A stretch of 62,153 nt of DNA, the filler included, from Choristocarpus tenellus KU-1152 (lineage: Eukaryota > Protista > Phaeophyceae), in assembly GCA_964200185.2 (NCBI GenBank). It is 9 parts of 9 records of this genome, joined end to end, with 100 filler letters (N's around TTAATTAATTAA, not from the genome) between each part and the next. Parts side by side here need not be neighbours in the genome. Positions count along the whole stretch, not along the records: positions 1 to 3,619 come from CAXNAD020018923.1; positions 3,720 to 8,519 come from CAXNAD020013016.1; positions 8,620 to 25,441 come from CAXNAD020000766.1; 6 more parts are not named here. One strand, given 5' to 3'. Shown here piece after piece: positions 1 to 11,706 of this stretch. The notes below the pieces were generated by a model. It had not been told where the DNA came from, did not search any database, and worked only from the letters and a program-made list of their open reading frames with translations. The number at the start of each line of letters is the position of its first letter. The first letter of the stretch is position 1. The position numbers and the translations under genes were made by a program.

Positions 1-29
1 TTGTGTGTATGTTGTGGCTATTGTGGTGT

Positions 30-200
30 GGGGGGGGGGGGGGGGGGGAGTTCTACACCAGGGTGTCCATTTGGGGCAAAAACGGGAAAGTGCATGTTCA
101 TTATCCATCCGACGTATGCAATCAAATCACCCAAAAATCACGATATGAAAAAATTGACCACAAATGGACAGCCGCCACCCCCTCCCAGATACTTTGAGCC
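30..200 (+). mobile_element. MITE family B copy (left end lost in poly-G)
   Basis: Colinear with the complete copy at 42536-42713. It carries subterminal GTCCATTTGGGG and CACAAATGGAC and ends in the TIR CAGATACTTTGAGCC (186-200). Confidence 0.7.
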
Positions 201-1058
201 ATTTGTCTTATTTATGTATATGTTCATAGTTCCTCGGGAGGGTAAGCCTTTCCGTGGCAGCACCCAATCTCTTTGTGACTATGAGACATTATCTTGGTGT
301 CCTATAGTTGCTTGTGTTTTTTGTTCTGAAGGGGGAGAGTCTATGGCAGTACCCAAGTTCAGTGGTTTTGTGTCTGTATCTGTGTTTACAAGCTTTGAAC
401 GGGGGGAGTCTTTTTAGACACACCCTATTTTTGACGTGCGTGTGAGACTCTGGTGTAGGAGACTTTATCTCGAATGTCGAGTCAAATGCAGAGTGAGTGC
501 CGTGAGGTGCGTGTGTCACGCTAACATATCTGTCGTCAGGGTTAAACGTTGGAAGGGGGTTTTCCCTCCAGGTTTCCTCCTCCAATGGATCCCCAACGCT
601 GCCTACTGGTATGTTAGGACCTGGAAGTGACATTCGTTTAATTTCTGCTACGTTCATGATAGGATGAGGAGTGACATTATATTTCCTTGTCCAATCGCCT
701 GTTCTTCGCATTGAAACAGTTTTGCTCCATGCTAAGGGAACACGTGTCAGGCGGTATGTCTTAGTGGGGGTTCATAAACGCCATTATGACCTTGAAGTCC
801 TAGATTTGATATATTTGTACTTGACTATTTATTTTTATTATTTAGTTGTTACCATGCCCCTAGGTCGTACATCATTGCCAGTTCCTTTTATATTATGATA
901 TTGGTACTCATGAAGGAAATTAATCCAAGTGAGAGATACAGCATTCTTGACGACTTGTGCACCAGGAGTCCTGTACTTGCATCAGCGCCATCTATCTATA
1001 CGCTTTTGGACTGGAGCTATGCATTCCGTGGAGGTAAGCTATGGAGCGCGCTGTGACA
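201..1058 (-). mobile_element. TGTTACAG-family dispersed repeat (LTR-like), long form, partial
   Basis: Reverse complement aligns with 4374-~5235. The terminus CTGTGACA at 1051-1058 is the family 5' end on the minus strand. Confidence 0.7.
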
Positions 1059-1082
1059 TTACCCATTTGCCGACGGTCACAA

Positions 1083-1388
1083 TGTTGATTCAGTGAGCTG
1101 AGGTGCAACTGGTGATTCTGCTGTGAAGATAAAAAGAAAGAACCGAACTTGAATCGATATCTGAACTCATGTGGCACATAGTATCCTTGTATGTTTGAGA
1201 GATGTCGAATGTTCCATACTTGCTATGCACCATGGGGTTGTAACAGTGATTCGTTATCCTATGATGTAGTATCAATGATGTAAAAGGTGAGTGACGACCA
1301 GTACTGATGTATGAGTCAACAGTCAGTATGAACTGGCAATACCGTATTATACCAGTAACACAATAGATGCGTGGTCTATGTTTCAACA
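1083..1388. mobile_element. Solo LTR or LTR fragment, same family as 31681-32218
   Basis: Starts TGTTGA and ends TTTCAACA. It shares blocks such as CGACCAGTAC.GATGT...TCAACAGTCAGTATGAACTGG with 31930-32218. No clear TSD. Confidence 0.6.
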
Positions 1389-1902
1389 AAACAGTACCAT
1401 CAAGTTTTCCATTTAAAGTAGTAGGAAGTAGGAAATTGTCTACAGAAAATGCAATGTCACATTGGGTTCATCCAATCCAAAACACCACCCATCACATATC
1501 ACACAAACGAAAGTAGGTCACAAGAATAACCATCTCAAAAAGAAAGGTACATTTGAAAATCACCATTCACTTGACAATGTTGAGCATGCATCTGCAATGA
1601 TTTGGCTGGGCAGGCTCAGCTGCTGTTTTCGCACGACCAAAGCAATCGAGAGGTACGCAACATTGAATTTCATGGATTCGGATGACGTCCATCCAAGACA
1701 CACCTTTTTGGACAGGTTCGCAAAGGGCCTTCTTCTTGTGGAACAGCGGCATATCCACTCTATGGACACTATTGTACACATATAAAGCAAGAAAATAGTG
1801 CGTATTGCATAAGGTAGAGGAAAATGGCTAAGAATGCGAAAGGGCTAAACCGGACCATACCTCAATTTCTTTCATTCTTCATGGTGCATGTTACCTATCA
1901 CA

Positions 1903-2159
1903 GAGTAAAAGTATCTTAGAGGGTACGAGTTTTTCCCTGTTTGTCCATTTGGGGCTTGACTTTCAACAGGTTTTTGATGACTTTTACCTATTCCAAACTG
2001 TTTCAGAGTAGGTAAAATGTATACCTTACGAAAAGGTGTGTCCGGAACAAGGATATGAACTTCTCCTAACAAACACGATAGCCAAAATTACATAAAAATG
2101 CAACATTGGATTTTGGCCCACATATGGACACGTCTCTACCCTCTAAGATACTTAGACTC
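1903..2159. mobile_element. MITE family A (~250-260 bp, ~24-bp TIR, 3-bp TSD)
   Basis: Left end GAGTAAAAGTATCTTAGAGGGTAC, right end CTACCCTCTAAGATACTTAGACTC. Flanked by ACA on both sides (1900-1902, 2160-2162). Confidence 0.85.
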
Positions 2160-3040
2160 ACAGCTTCCCCAGAATGTCAAAGCTCCATTAGGCTCTTTAT
2201 GGCGTCAACAACACACTCTCGTATCATTTGTGTTGCTTAGTTTATATAAAGACAATAGTACCTCGCAGACTAATAAATAAACATTAGATATGGTGACTCA
2301 TACGGAATTGGGTACTTCATCTGAGGGATCACAAGTCAAGTCATATATTTTTTTATTTGTCCAGGGATTACCCCAACCTGTTGCCCGACACAGTACATAC
2401 ACTATACTATATCTCATACCTATTGCTGAACTACGTGTTGCACAACTAATTGTACTGCCTCCACCATTGCCTTGCTTCTTCGAGCGAACTGAGTTCAGCA
2501 CTCTCTAAGCTCTTCACTCCATCTCTTCCCTCAAATCTTCCGCTAAACGTTTTTGTGGATTTGTGTCAAAGTAATGTAAATGGGGCAGCAAGAAAGAAAT
2601 CACATTTTTTTTGTTTCTCGATCTAGTGCCTTCTTGACTTTATGCTCACAGGAAGAGCACCAACAGTATTGAGGGTGATATCAGGGTGAAAAGAGTCAAG
2701 CAGTCAACTGTCACATCATCCTATACCAACCTGCCCTTGCAATCTTTTATCTGTCTCACTTATGTGCAATCAGATTTTTTTATAAGGTACTTCATGTATC
2801 ACCATGTGCGTATGGCACGCAGTGGGCTCACTATTATTGAGGGGAGAAGCCACATTTCTTTCCACATTACGTACAAAAGTACGTAAGGAAGGGAGAGCAC
2901 TGGCAATAGGACGGGGGTGGGACACTAGAGGAGGTGCGAAACTGGAAGGCGTCAAGTACTTCAGCTTCCCGCATTAAATTCTCAAGCTCACGTGATATTC
3001 CTGTGGTTCTGTGATGAGGACTCGCCTGTTATTGAATATA

Positions 3041-3353
3041 TTTCACAGCACGTTCGAAAGCTTACCTCCATGGGATGTATAGCTCCGTCCATAAGCCTAC
3101 AGATGGCACTGATGCGCGTACAGGACCAATGATGCACAAGTCGTAAAGTGTGCTGGATCTCTCACTTGGATTATTATTCCCTTCATAAGTATCAATATTG
3201 TGATATAAAAAGAACCGATCAATGATGTCTTATCTCGATCGAAAATGACCAAATAATAAATGAATAGTTAAGAAGTACAAATGTATCAGATCTAGGAATT
3301 CAAGGTCATAATGGCGTTTATGATACCGCCATCAAGACGCATCACCTGCAACA
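3041..3353 (+). mobile_element. TGTTACAG-family element, short form (solo-LTR-like)
   Basis: Colinear with 4374-4679. Ends are TTTCACAGCACG...CACCTGCAACA, with flanks TATA/TATT (near-TSD). Confidence 0.65.
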
Positions 3354-3546
3354 TATTCCCCCTTCTGCCTGCCACAAACACACAAAGTGGTGGCAGTGGA
3401 AAAATAGTAGTTGGTGTTAATGTATACATATATGTGTGTGTGTGTATTAGATGTTTCAGTATCGTTTGGCTCGATTCCTCAGACTGAACCGATGTTTGGT
3501 GGCCTGTCCTCTCTGCCTGCAGTGTGGGATTAGTGACCACATTAAC

Positions 3547-3619
3547 TGTTACAGGCGCCCCTCAATGCTCACCTTCCAGGATGTACAACTCAAATCCAAC
3601 GACCTTAAAACGATGCTAT
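3547..3619 (+). mobile_element. 5' end of a TGTTACAG-family element cut by the contig end
   Basis: TGTTACAG...ATCCAACGACCTTAAAACGATGCTA matches 33869-33940. Confidence 0.65.
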
Positions 3620-3719
3620 NNNNNNNNNNNNNNNNNNNNNNNNNNNNNNNNNNNNNNNNNNNNTTAATTAATTAANNNNNNNNNNNNNNNNNNNNNNNNN
3701 NNNNNNNNNNNNNNNNNNN
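3620..3719. other. Artificial contig-joining linker N44-TTAATTAATTAA-N44
   Basis: An identical 100-nt spacer with stops in all six frames occurs eight times in the window. Confidence 0.98.
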
Positions 3720-3788
3720 TTTTCCTGGTGTTGTCCCAAATGGACACCCTGGTGTTGTCCCCCCCCCCCCTCCCAGATATTTCGGGTC
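3720..3788 (-). mobile_element. MITE family B end at contig start
   Basis: CCCAAATGGACACCCTGGTGT, then poly-C, then CAGATATTTCGGGTC (TIR). Confidence 0.7.
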
Positions 3789-4373
3789 ACATTACATCGA
3801 GGTCATCTTGCAGGCAAAACCATCAGTACTTCTCCTGTCCACTTTGCTTTGTTGGCCTTGGTGCTACATCCGTAAATTGAACTCCCAAACATTTCATCAA
3901 TGTCTTCTCCTGTCCACCGTTGCCTTCAATTTCTATCTGCAATCTCCCCAAACATCAACACATTGGGATGTTGCTCATCCCCCACGCATGCATGTAATAC
4001 ACCCAGAAATTGGATAAGTCTCTGTTTTCTCACACTTGTCTCCATTTTCTCACGTCCAGTCTTCGAAACAAGGGCATCTTGGTAGAGAAAAGTGAGTGAT
4101 AGGTGCGTTCCTGTTTGCGAAATCCGATGTATTATGGAATGTATTTGTGATGGAGTGAAGTTTGACCTAATATCAGGCACACAAAACACATTTTTTCCTG
4201 TAGAAGAATATTTAAAAAACGAACAGTGATGTGGTTTGATACACACCTTCACTCTCACTCCAAGGGATACCTTTGAGGTGCCCTCCCTTTGTAGAGTATA
4301 TCTTGGGGCCTTTTCCTCTGTCATGAAAGTAGATGGCAGGATGCATATGGGGAATGCGAACGGAACTGTTGCA

Positions 4374-5709
4374 TGTTATAGCACGCTCCATAGCTTACCT
4401 CCAAGGGATGTATAGCTTTAGTCCACAAGCCTACACACGGCGCTGATACACGTACAGGGCTCCTGATTCACAAGTCGTCAACTATGCTGGATATATCACT
4501 TGGATTGTTCCCTTCATAATTATCAATATCATCATAAAAGGAACTCGCAACGATGTACCACCTGGGGGCATGATAATGACAAAATAATAAATAATTATTC
4601 AAGAAGTACAAATATGTAAAATCTTCAAAGGTCATAATGGTGCTCATGAAACTGCCATCAAGACATATCGCCTGTAACATGCCCCCTTAGCAAGAATGAC
4701 AACCTCTTCAATGCGAAGAACAGGCGATTGTACAAGGAAATATAATGTCACTCCTTATCCTATCATGAACGTACCAGAAATAAAATGACTGTCACTTCCA
4801 GGTCTTAGCATATCAGTAGGCAGTGTTGGGGATCTAGCGGAGAAGGAAACCTGGAGGCAAAACCCCCTTCCAACGTTTGCCCTGACGACAGATATGCTAT
4901 CGTGACACTCATACCTCACGGCACTCACTCTGCATTTGACCCAATGTTTCAAAGAAAGCATCCTATACCAGAGTCTCACAAACACGTCAAAAATAGAGTA
5001 CCATCGAAAAAGACTCCACCCTTTCTAAGCTTTCAAACACAAATACAGACACAAAATCATCGGAGCACTGAAATTAGGTACTGCCGTAGACTCTCCCCCT
5101 TCAGAACTAAAACACAAGCAACTACCGGACAACAAGAGAATGTCTCATGGCCACAAAGAGATTGGGTGCTGCCATGGATAAGGCTTAACCTCCCTAGCTA
5201 GGAACTATGAACATAAAAAAATAAAGACAAGTGTCTTACAATAAAACAAAAAAAAGGGAGTGTCTCAGCAAGTCTCTCTTTCACAACTATCAACACAAAT
5301 GAATACAGGCACAAAATCACAATAGCACTGAAATAGGGTACTGCCATAGACTCTCCCCCTTCAGAACTGTAAACAAATCAACTATAGGACACCAACACAA
5401 TGACTCGCAGTCACATAGGTAGGGTGCTCACATGGGAAGGCTTACCCTCCTTAGGAACTATGAACATACAAACAAATATAGAAAATGTCTCACAAAGTTA
5501 TCAAAATGGGGAGTGTCATATCAAGACTCTTCCCTTCACAACTATCAACACAAACAAATACAAGACACAAGAATAATGCCTCGACAAATACAGATAAAAT
5601 GTCTCGACTAACATAAAAATATGGAATGTCATAGTAAGACTGCTCACGCTGGTTGGAGTGCGAAAGCAGACATAGTGGGAAGAAATACTTGCGCTACTCG
5701 CCTGTAACA
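4374..5709 (+). mobile_element. TGTTACAG-family element, long form
   Basis: Starts TGTTATAGCACGC. The family 3' terminus CGCCTGTAACA occurs twice (ending 4679 and 5709). It contains a ~260-bp internal tandem duplication (~5030-5290 vs ~5290-5560) and is homologous to 201-1058. Confidence 0.7.
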
Positions 5710-7783
5710 TGCCCTACAACGTGAACTAGGTATACATGTTTCTCGCTTACCACAAGTGATTGTCACGGGTTAAGACAATAAGTATCTTCCATCAACTCAG
5801 ATCGTGCTGCAGCAGCATGCATATATATATATATATATATATATTCGCCTGTATCATTTCCTCATGACATCATCAGTAGTAGTAGCAACAGGACGGAATA
5901 TGGGACAAATGGAACCCCCACAAATCGTCCCCGACTCACTCCTGACTTAAGTGTGACCTTTCCCTGGTGACACTTTCCTCCCTTGTCGTCTCTCTCTTTT
6001 CCTCAAAATCACGTGGGCATCTTCATGATCCCGTTATTGCGAACTTCCTCTCGTACCATCTCCTTCCAAGAATAGCAGTATATGCTACTAATTTCAAATA
6101 TGAACGGTAAGAAAAAAAATAGGCACTGCCTGGACTAGGATGTGAGTTTGAACCTAGTCTAGGCGCCTAACCTTCCAAGGAGGCCCTGACAATGACGACC
6201 TTCTTAAGGTCTGACCACGTGGAGGATGTGGGGCCTACCAACAGGAATGGCAAACGGCAATGCGAAGATATTAGTGTAGTGGACAAGTTCCTAATCACTT
6301 GGATAAAAAACAATATATATAAGAAAAATATAGTACTTAGACGAATAAAGGTGCACCTTTTCCTGCCTGACGTTAGGACGAAAAAGATCAGAGTATCATG
6401 TAGTTAGAAAATACCCAAAGAGTTTATCGGGCACACCCCATCACAGTCAATGGTCTGCACCGGATGTAGTCACTTCACGTGAGGATAGAAAAAAGCGGGG
6501 TTGAGGGTAGCTTTGAAGTCGTGGTGGAATGATAACTTTGTCGAGTTATGAAGTCTTTGGAGAGAAGCAATCAGAGGAAGCCCAATTCGACGACAGGGGA
6601 TTAGGTGGAGAAGACAACGTACCTTCGCCAGCAAAGGAAACCGTAGATCTTCATTCAGGTAGTGAGTGGCGCATCGTGACTTTGGCTATCAAACTGGCAT
6701 ATTACAGAGGGTGTCATACCGATGAACACTGCAGAACAAGGAGTTTGGTTGAAGGAAATTACAAGTGTCTTCACAGAGTAACTTGCAAGTAATTGTAAGT
6801 CGTTGAGCATTTCCATCTTGACGGGTCTAGTGGAAATCGTGGTTCGGAGAGCAACAATCGTCCATCGAACGAGATCTCTAGCTAAACAATGATACAAGTG
6901 AATCGCCAAATATCTGGTTTGTGTTCCACGTTACTGTCTTCTGCTTCTGCACCCACAGTTACCATTGGAAAATAATGGGTTGGGGGACGAATACTAGAAG
7001 TGAAAGGTAGTTGAGAACATCTGTGGGCAATGCATTCCTGAGGACCACGTCTTGGCCGCTGCCACGGTATATTTTTCATTACGAGTAAAGTTTTCAGTCT
7101 TTTGTAGTTTTTTGCATTTTTTTTTTGTGGGATGAAACTCGTTTCGGACTGAGCGCTGTCCTTCCAAGTTTTATTCTTTTCAGCGACAGAGTTGACAAGT
7201 ATTACTCACACTGTGTACCTGTAACAAGCTTGAGTCACGCATTTGCATGGCACACCTCTAGGGGCCTAGGAAATACAGAAACAATAATACATGGTGTAGT
7301 GGAACTCGTCGCCTAACATGAAAAAATCCAAGAGTGCACAATGGGGCAAATGTGTCAACAACCTCACCCCTGTACAACAATTCATTTCACACTGCTCATT
7401 GCATTTTTTGGATTGAAAGTAGTGCAAAATGGGTATCCAGTACCAAAAGGTTGATCTACAGTTTTACGTTTCTGCCTATTGTTCCTCTGAGCTGTGCCGT
7501 GGTAGTATTAGTAGTGCTTGTGAAAGTATGACCTGCTCATAGCACAGATAAGACACATGATTTTTTCTATTCTCCGTATGTTGTGCACCGATACTTAGCC
7601 AATCAATGTTCTGGAAACATCGTTTCTAATTTATACCTGAATTTTTCATTCCACCAACCCCTGATCGCTCACAACTCCCCAAATGTCCCAAATGCGCAAT
7701 TTTTTTTTGATCTGTTTTGTTTGTATCTCTTTGGCTTTGTCTTTTTTTGAATTGTCTTTTTTTGAATTGTCTTTTCTTCTCAA

Positions 7784-8519
7784 ATGATGAAAGTTTTCCA
7801 TCATCATGATGGCGTTGTTCGATCGACTGGACCACCTACAGTACGAAAACGTCTCTCCGGTCCGGTTGGCTTACACCACCAACTCAAAACCCGGAGCGTG
7901 GGAGAAGACACCGATGCATCGAGAATTGCGGCGGGAGAGAGCGGGAAGCCTGAACTTCAAGTCCAGAGTGCCCTAGTGGTAGGGACAACTGCACAGTTTA
8001 CTTCATCCAAGAGGAAGCAAAGGATCTTTAAGACTGGCAGGAAGACCAAATGGGTTACGAGGGAAATTGCTGCACTGGATTTTCTCATGAATATACCCAT
8101 GCAGAACGAATCAGCCCTGAGGCAGCAAGGAACTAATCGTCTAAACCAGCAGGGGAGAGGTCTGGGTAGGGGAGGAGTCCTTGGTGGCATTTATTTGGAG
8201 GGTGGCATGCCTGTTGAGTCTACGTTGGGGGGCCACCACTTTGTTGAGGGTAAGGGCATGGAGGGGGGGCAAACCTCGAGGGATGTAGGAGGAGGAGGCC
8301 TGGAGAGCGAGGAAGAAAAGCTATCTGAGACAGACCATCTGCTCAGTGGTGTTGAGAGAAGTGGAACGTCTGGGAGGGGGAGGGAAATAGACTTGATTCT
8401 AGATGAGAAAGCATCCAAGGTGTTGGGGGCAAGGAACAATGAAATGGACAAGAAGAATATCTCTGACGATGACTCACTGGACCAGCCCATTGTTAAGAAG
8501 GGGATAGGGGGGAGTGGGG
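7784..8519 (+). CDS. First coding exon (3'-truncated by contig end) of a protein with a CABLES-like N-terminal motif
   Basis: 245-codon open frame from an ATG downstream of a pyrimidine-rich leader, running to the contig end. The motif REIAALDFLMNIPM resembles the N-terminal R..AALSFLxNISL motif of CABLES/ik3 cyclin-like proteins. The remainder is Gly/Glu low complexity. Coding status is likely; the family call is tentative. Confidence 0.6.
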
Positions 8520-8619
8520 NNNNNNNNNNNNNNNNNNNNNNNNNNNNNNNNNNNNNNNNNNNNTTAATTAATTAANNNNNNNNNNNNNNNNNNNNNNNNN
8601 NNNNNNNNNNNNNNNNNNN
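8520..8619. other. Artificial contig-joining linker
   Basis: N44-TTAATTAATTAA-N44. Confidence 0.98.
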
Positions 8620-8684
8620 ATGAGAAGCCAAGTCCCAAATGGACAAACAGGGCAAAACTCGTACCCTCTAAGATACTTTCACTC
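8620..8684. mobile_element. MITE family A end at contig start
   Basis: GAAGCCAAGTCCCAAATGGACAAACAGGGCAAAACTCGTACCCTCTAAGATACTTTCACTC matches 24615-24675 and the reverse complement of 1903-1965. Confidence 0.8.
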
Positions 8685-10935
8685 ATGGAAAGCTTTAACA
8701 CCACCTAGGTTTCACGGATTGTGCAGAATCTACCTCGAATTTCTTGAGAGGAGAATGTTTATACTGATTTCCTTTGCGTGCAGATTAGGCGGGCACACCC
8801 TTTTTGGGTTGGTTGACTTTTGCTCAGGCTACGTATATTTCTTAAGTATTTTGCACAACAGGCATTTTCTCAATTAGGGGAGGTATCAAGATGAATAAAA
8901 ACAACAAAATTCAAGGGTAGTGGACAAGGTACAGTAAGTGGTTCAGTAGAGGGTACTATATGTCACCTTTGGGGCTGTCGTTAGCAATCACCTAGCAATC
9001 TTTCCCTAAACTTCTACTACTACCCCTTCAGCCTAGTAACCTTGGTATAGCTCATGAATTGGTGTGGACCCACCTCACCTTTTGCCACCACCCTCTAATC
9101 TCCCTCAGCCAACTCTCTATTGAGATCAGGAGATAATTAATGGATACGTCTGATTGTTCCATCCACAACTCTACACACTAAGGTTACACCTTGAGAAATC
9201 GCTGAAGGGTGGCAGATTTCATGTTCAGATTGCCTGTACCCTTGACTTTATCTCAGGATGATATCAGTTTTTTCATTGGAAATTCAGAAATCAGCTGGAA
9301 AATAAGCTCATTGTAGTCCCAAAAACTAATGAAGGAGATTGCACTACATAACCTCTTGACAAAAAAATGGTGCAGATATGACTTCCCTCAACTGTACTGG
9401 ATGAACTTTACATTTCTCTCCTAGTTGTAGCATCTTTATCCTAATTGCCTCTATACTATTTCCTGTTTGGGGCAGTGATTATTTCCGTCGATCACATCTT
9501 TGATATTACAGTTTCAACAGCGCATACTTGATTTGATGTCTCTTTGAGGACAGTTAGCAACTGCTATCTTGCAGTGAGTCAAGGCAAACGAGACGTAGCC
9601 AGTTTTTGACCGTTTTGCAAGTTAAGGCACTCATTTATCTCTTGCTATTCACCTTATTTCTATGGATGAAGCTAAGATCGGCCTGATAGTGTTGATTTCC
9701 TTATTATTTGAATTTTTTTGACAGAATTAAGAAAATCCATACACAAATTTGTACAAAAGTGCGAAATTTTGAACATTTTTTGTCAGTGTATTTAAAATGC
9801 AACCCTGGGTATCTCTTGTTTACATTGAATCAGTGCAGGCATTGATTGATCTGCAACCAGATCGTCCAAGGGTTGCCTTATCTGTTGCCATGACTCTACT
9901 GTGAGTGTGCCTTCTATTTATGTTTGGTCAATGGCTCGTATGGGCTGGAGCAAGCACTCAGAATGCTGAAGTGGCAACATCCAATTTGTACACTCAAGCT
10001 CAGTGCCAATTGTTTCTTGTTTATGCACAATGATGTTGCCATCTGCAATGGCACTGGATTATAGTTAGTCCTAGTATTTGCAAAGAAAGAATATTATTTA
10101 TTATTATCATTATATGTTTAAACATGCAAATACTCGCTGGGGAAAAAATATTTTTGCTCAATATTTGTTCAGAACATTTTTTTTTTCAGTAGGTCACCAC
10201 CAACTCTGGCACAAAAGGGACTGCGCATATGCTCTACTTGACCAATGGATCTCTCCAACCTTCTTGCTGTTACAGGAATCAGGGATGGGCATGGACTGAT
10301 ACCACCCCTAGTCTAGCACATCAGAAAATATTCCCTTTGGCCTTCCTGTGAATGAATATGCTGAATGTCAAAAGTGACCTGCGGCCTGTTGCCTATGGCT
10401 CCTTCATGAAGAGAGAACTATACATTCAGCATATGTCCATGAGTAGCATGTATATATACGACTACAGTATTCCATATCTACAATAAACAATACAAAACAT
10501 GTTTTGGGAGTTATTAAATATCTGAAGGTATGAACATTTTGTTAAAATTTGGATGATTATGAAAATTGTGCATTGGTCTCATTGCCTTCCCTACAGTATA
10601 AGAGGAAATATATTGACCCTCCCTTGGTACACTTTGTAGTATCGTCTAAAAAAGAACTGCTCTCAGTATTTCTGCAATCTAACCCGATAAAACATGGTTT
10701 GTAATCTGAGCACCACCTAACTAGTACAGAAAATAAAAATTGCTTCACTGAACAACCATGCCCCCGTTGTGAAAGGGTGGAACTCATAGATGGCAAAGTA
10801 TGTACTCCAACTCTTTGAAGCACTACTAATACTTAACCTTTTTTTCTCACACATGTGTTTTTCATAGGGTTAGGGTTAGGATGATTCACCTGCCTAGAGG
10901 CAACATCCTTCTTGTCATCATTACCATTGTCGATA

Positions 10936-11140
10936 CCGTTATCAAACATGTTATTTACATTGTTATTGTCGTGATCCTGTTATCAAACATGTTATTTACA
11001 TTGTTATTGTCATGATCCTGTTATCAAACATGTTAATTACATTGTTATTGTCATGATCCCGTTATCAAACATGTTATTTACATTGTTATTGCCATGATCC
11101 CGTTATCAAACATGTTATTTATATTGTTATTATCATGATA
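10936..11140. repeat. Minisatellite, ~41-bp unit x5
   Basis: GTTATCAAACATGTTATTTACATTGTTATTGTCATGATCCY repeated in tandem. Confidence 0.9.
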
Positions 11141-11706
11141 TCAAGACTATTGGTCTCTCATTATGTTCACTTAGTTCCTCTTGAACACACTTTGAAGATT
11201 TCACATTTTAAAGATATCAGGAATTTGGACCATGTACCATACTTTCAATAGTTTTTTTTAGTTATTGGTACCAACAGAGGCCAAGCTAAGGGGTCAAATG
11301 GCCTGAAAGACTTAAAAAGACTCAAAAGATCACATACATTCTCAGTGATGCAAGAGGATCTTTACACCTTGCAAAATGTAACATTCTATACTAGCCACAT
11401 TGTGCCTACACTATGTAATGTCAATTCTCTGTTTTAGAGTTTGGACCACTTTTTTTCTATATTGGCCCCTGTCCACACAATTTCTAAATACCCATTAGCT
11501 CTGTAATGCCCCTTGTGAGTGTCATCAGGACTTATGAATAATTAGTCTGTCACACATTAGCTTGCTCATTGTAAAGAGCCAAAAATTGTGCGGGGAAGAA
11601 GTATTGATAGGAGAATCAAACATAGTGCAAAAGAGGAAGAAAGATGCTTAAAAGTTGCAACGCAAATTGGAGCTGAAAACAACAATTTTATCTTGCCAAT
11701 TCACAG

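Noticed and set aside
289-711. 140-aa minus-strand ORF (MRRTGDW...)
   Set aside because: It lies inside a dispersed repeat, and the homologous copy at ~4710-5000 has a stop and an indel in the same frame.
6120-6200. tRNA-like sequence with a GGTTCAAAC B-box on the minus strand
   Set aside because: No cloverleaf or A-box spacing could be established, so it is not called as a tRNA.
9550-10260. SNCYLA (~9556) and RDCAYAL (~10217) as the calpain catalytic-Cys exon
   Set aside because: Neither has the QG.LG context or splice sites compatible in phase with exon 11707.
10936-11140. 41-bp repeat array as a possible CRISPR
   Set aside because: The units are contiguous with no unique spacers, there are no cas genes, and the context is eukaryotic non-coding DNA.
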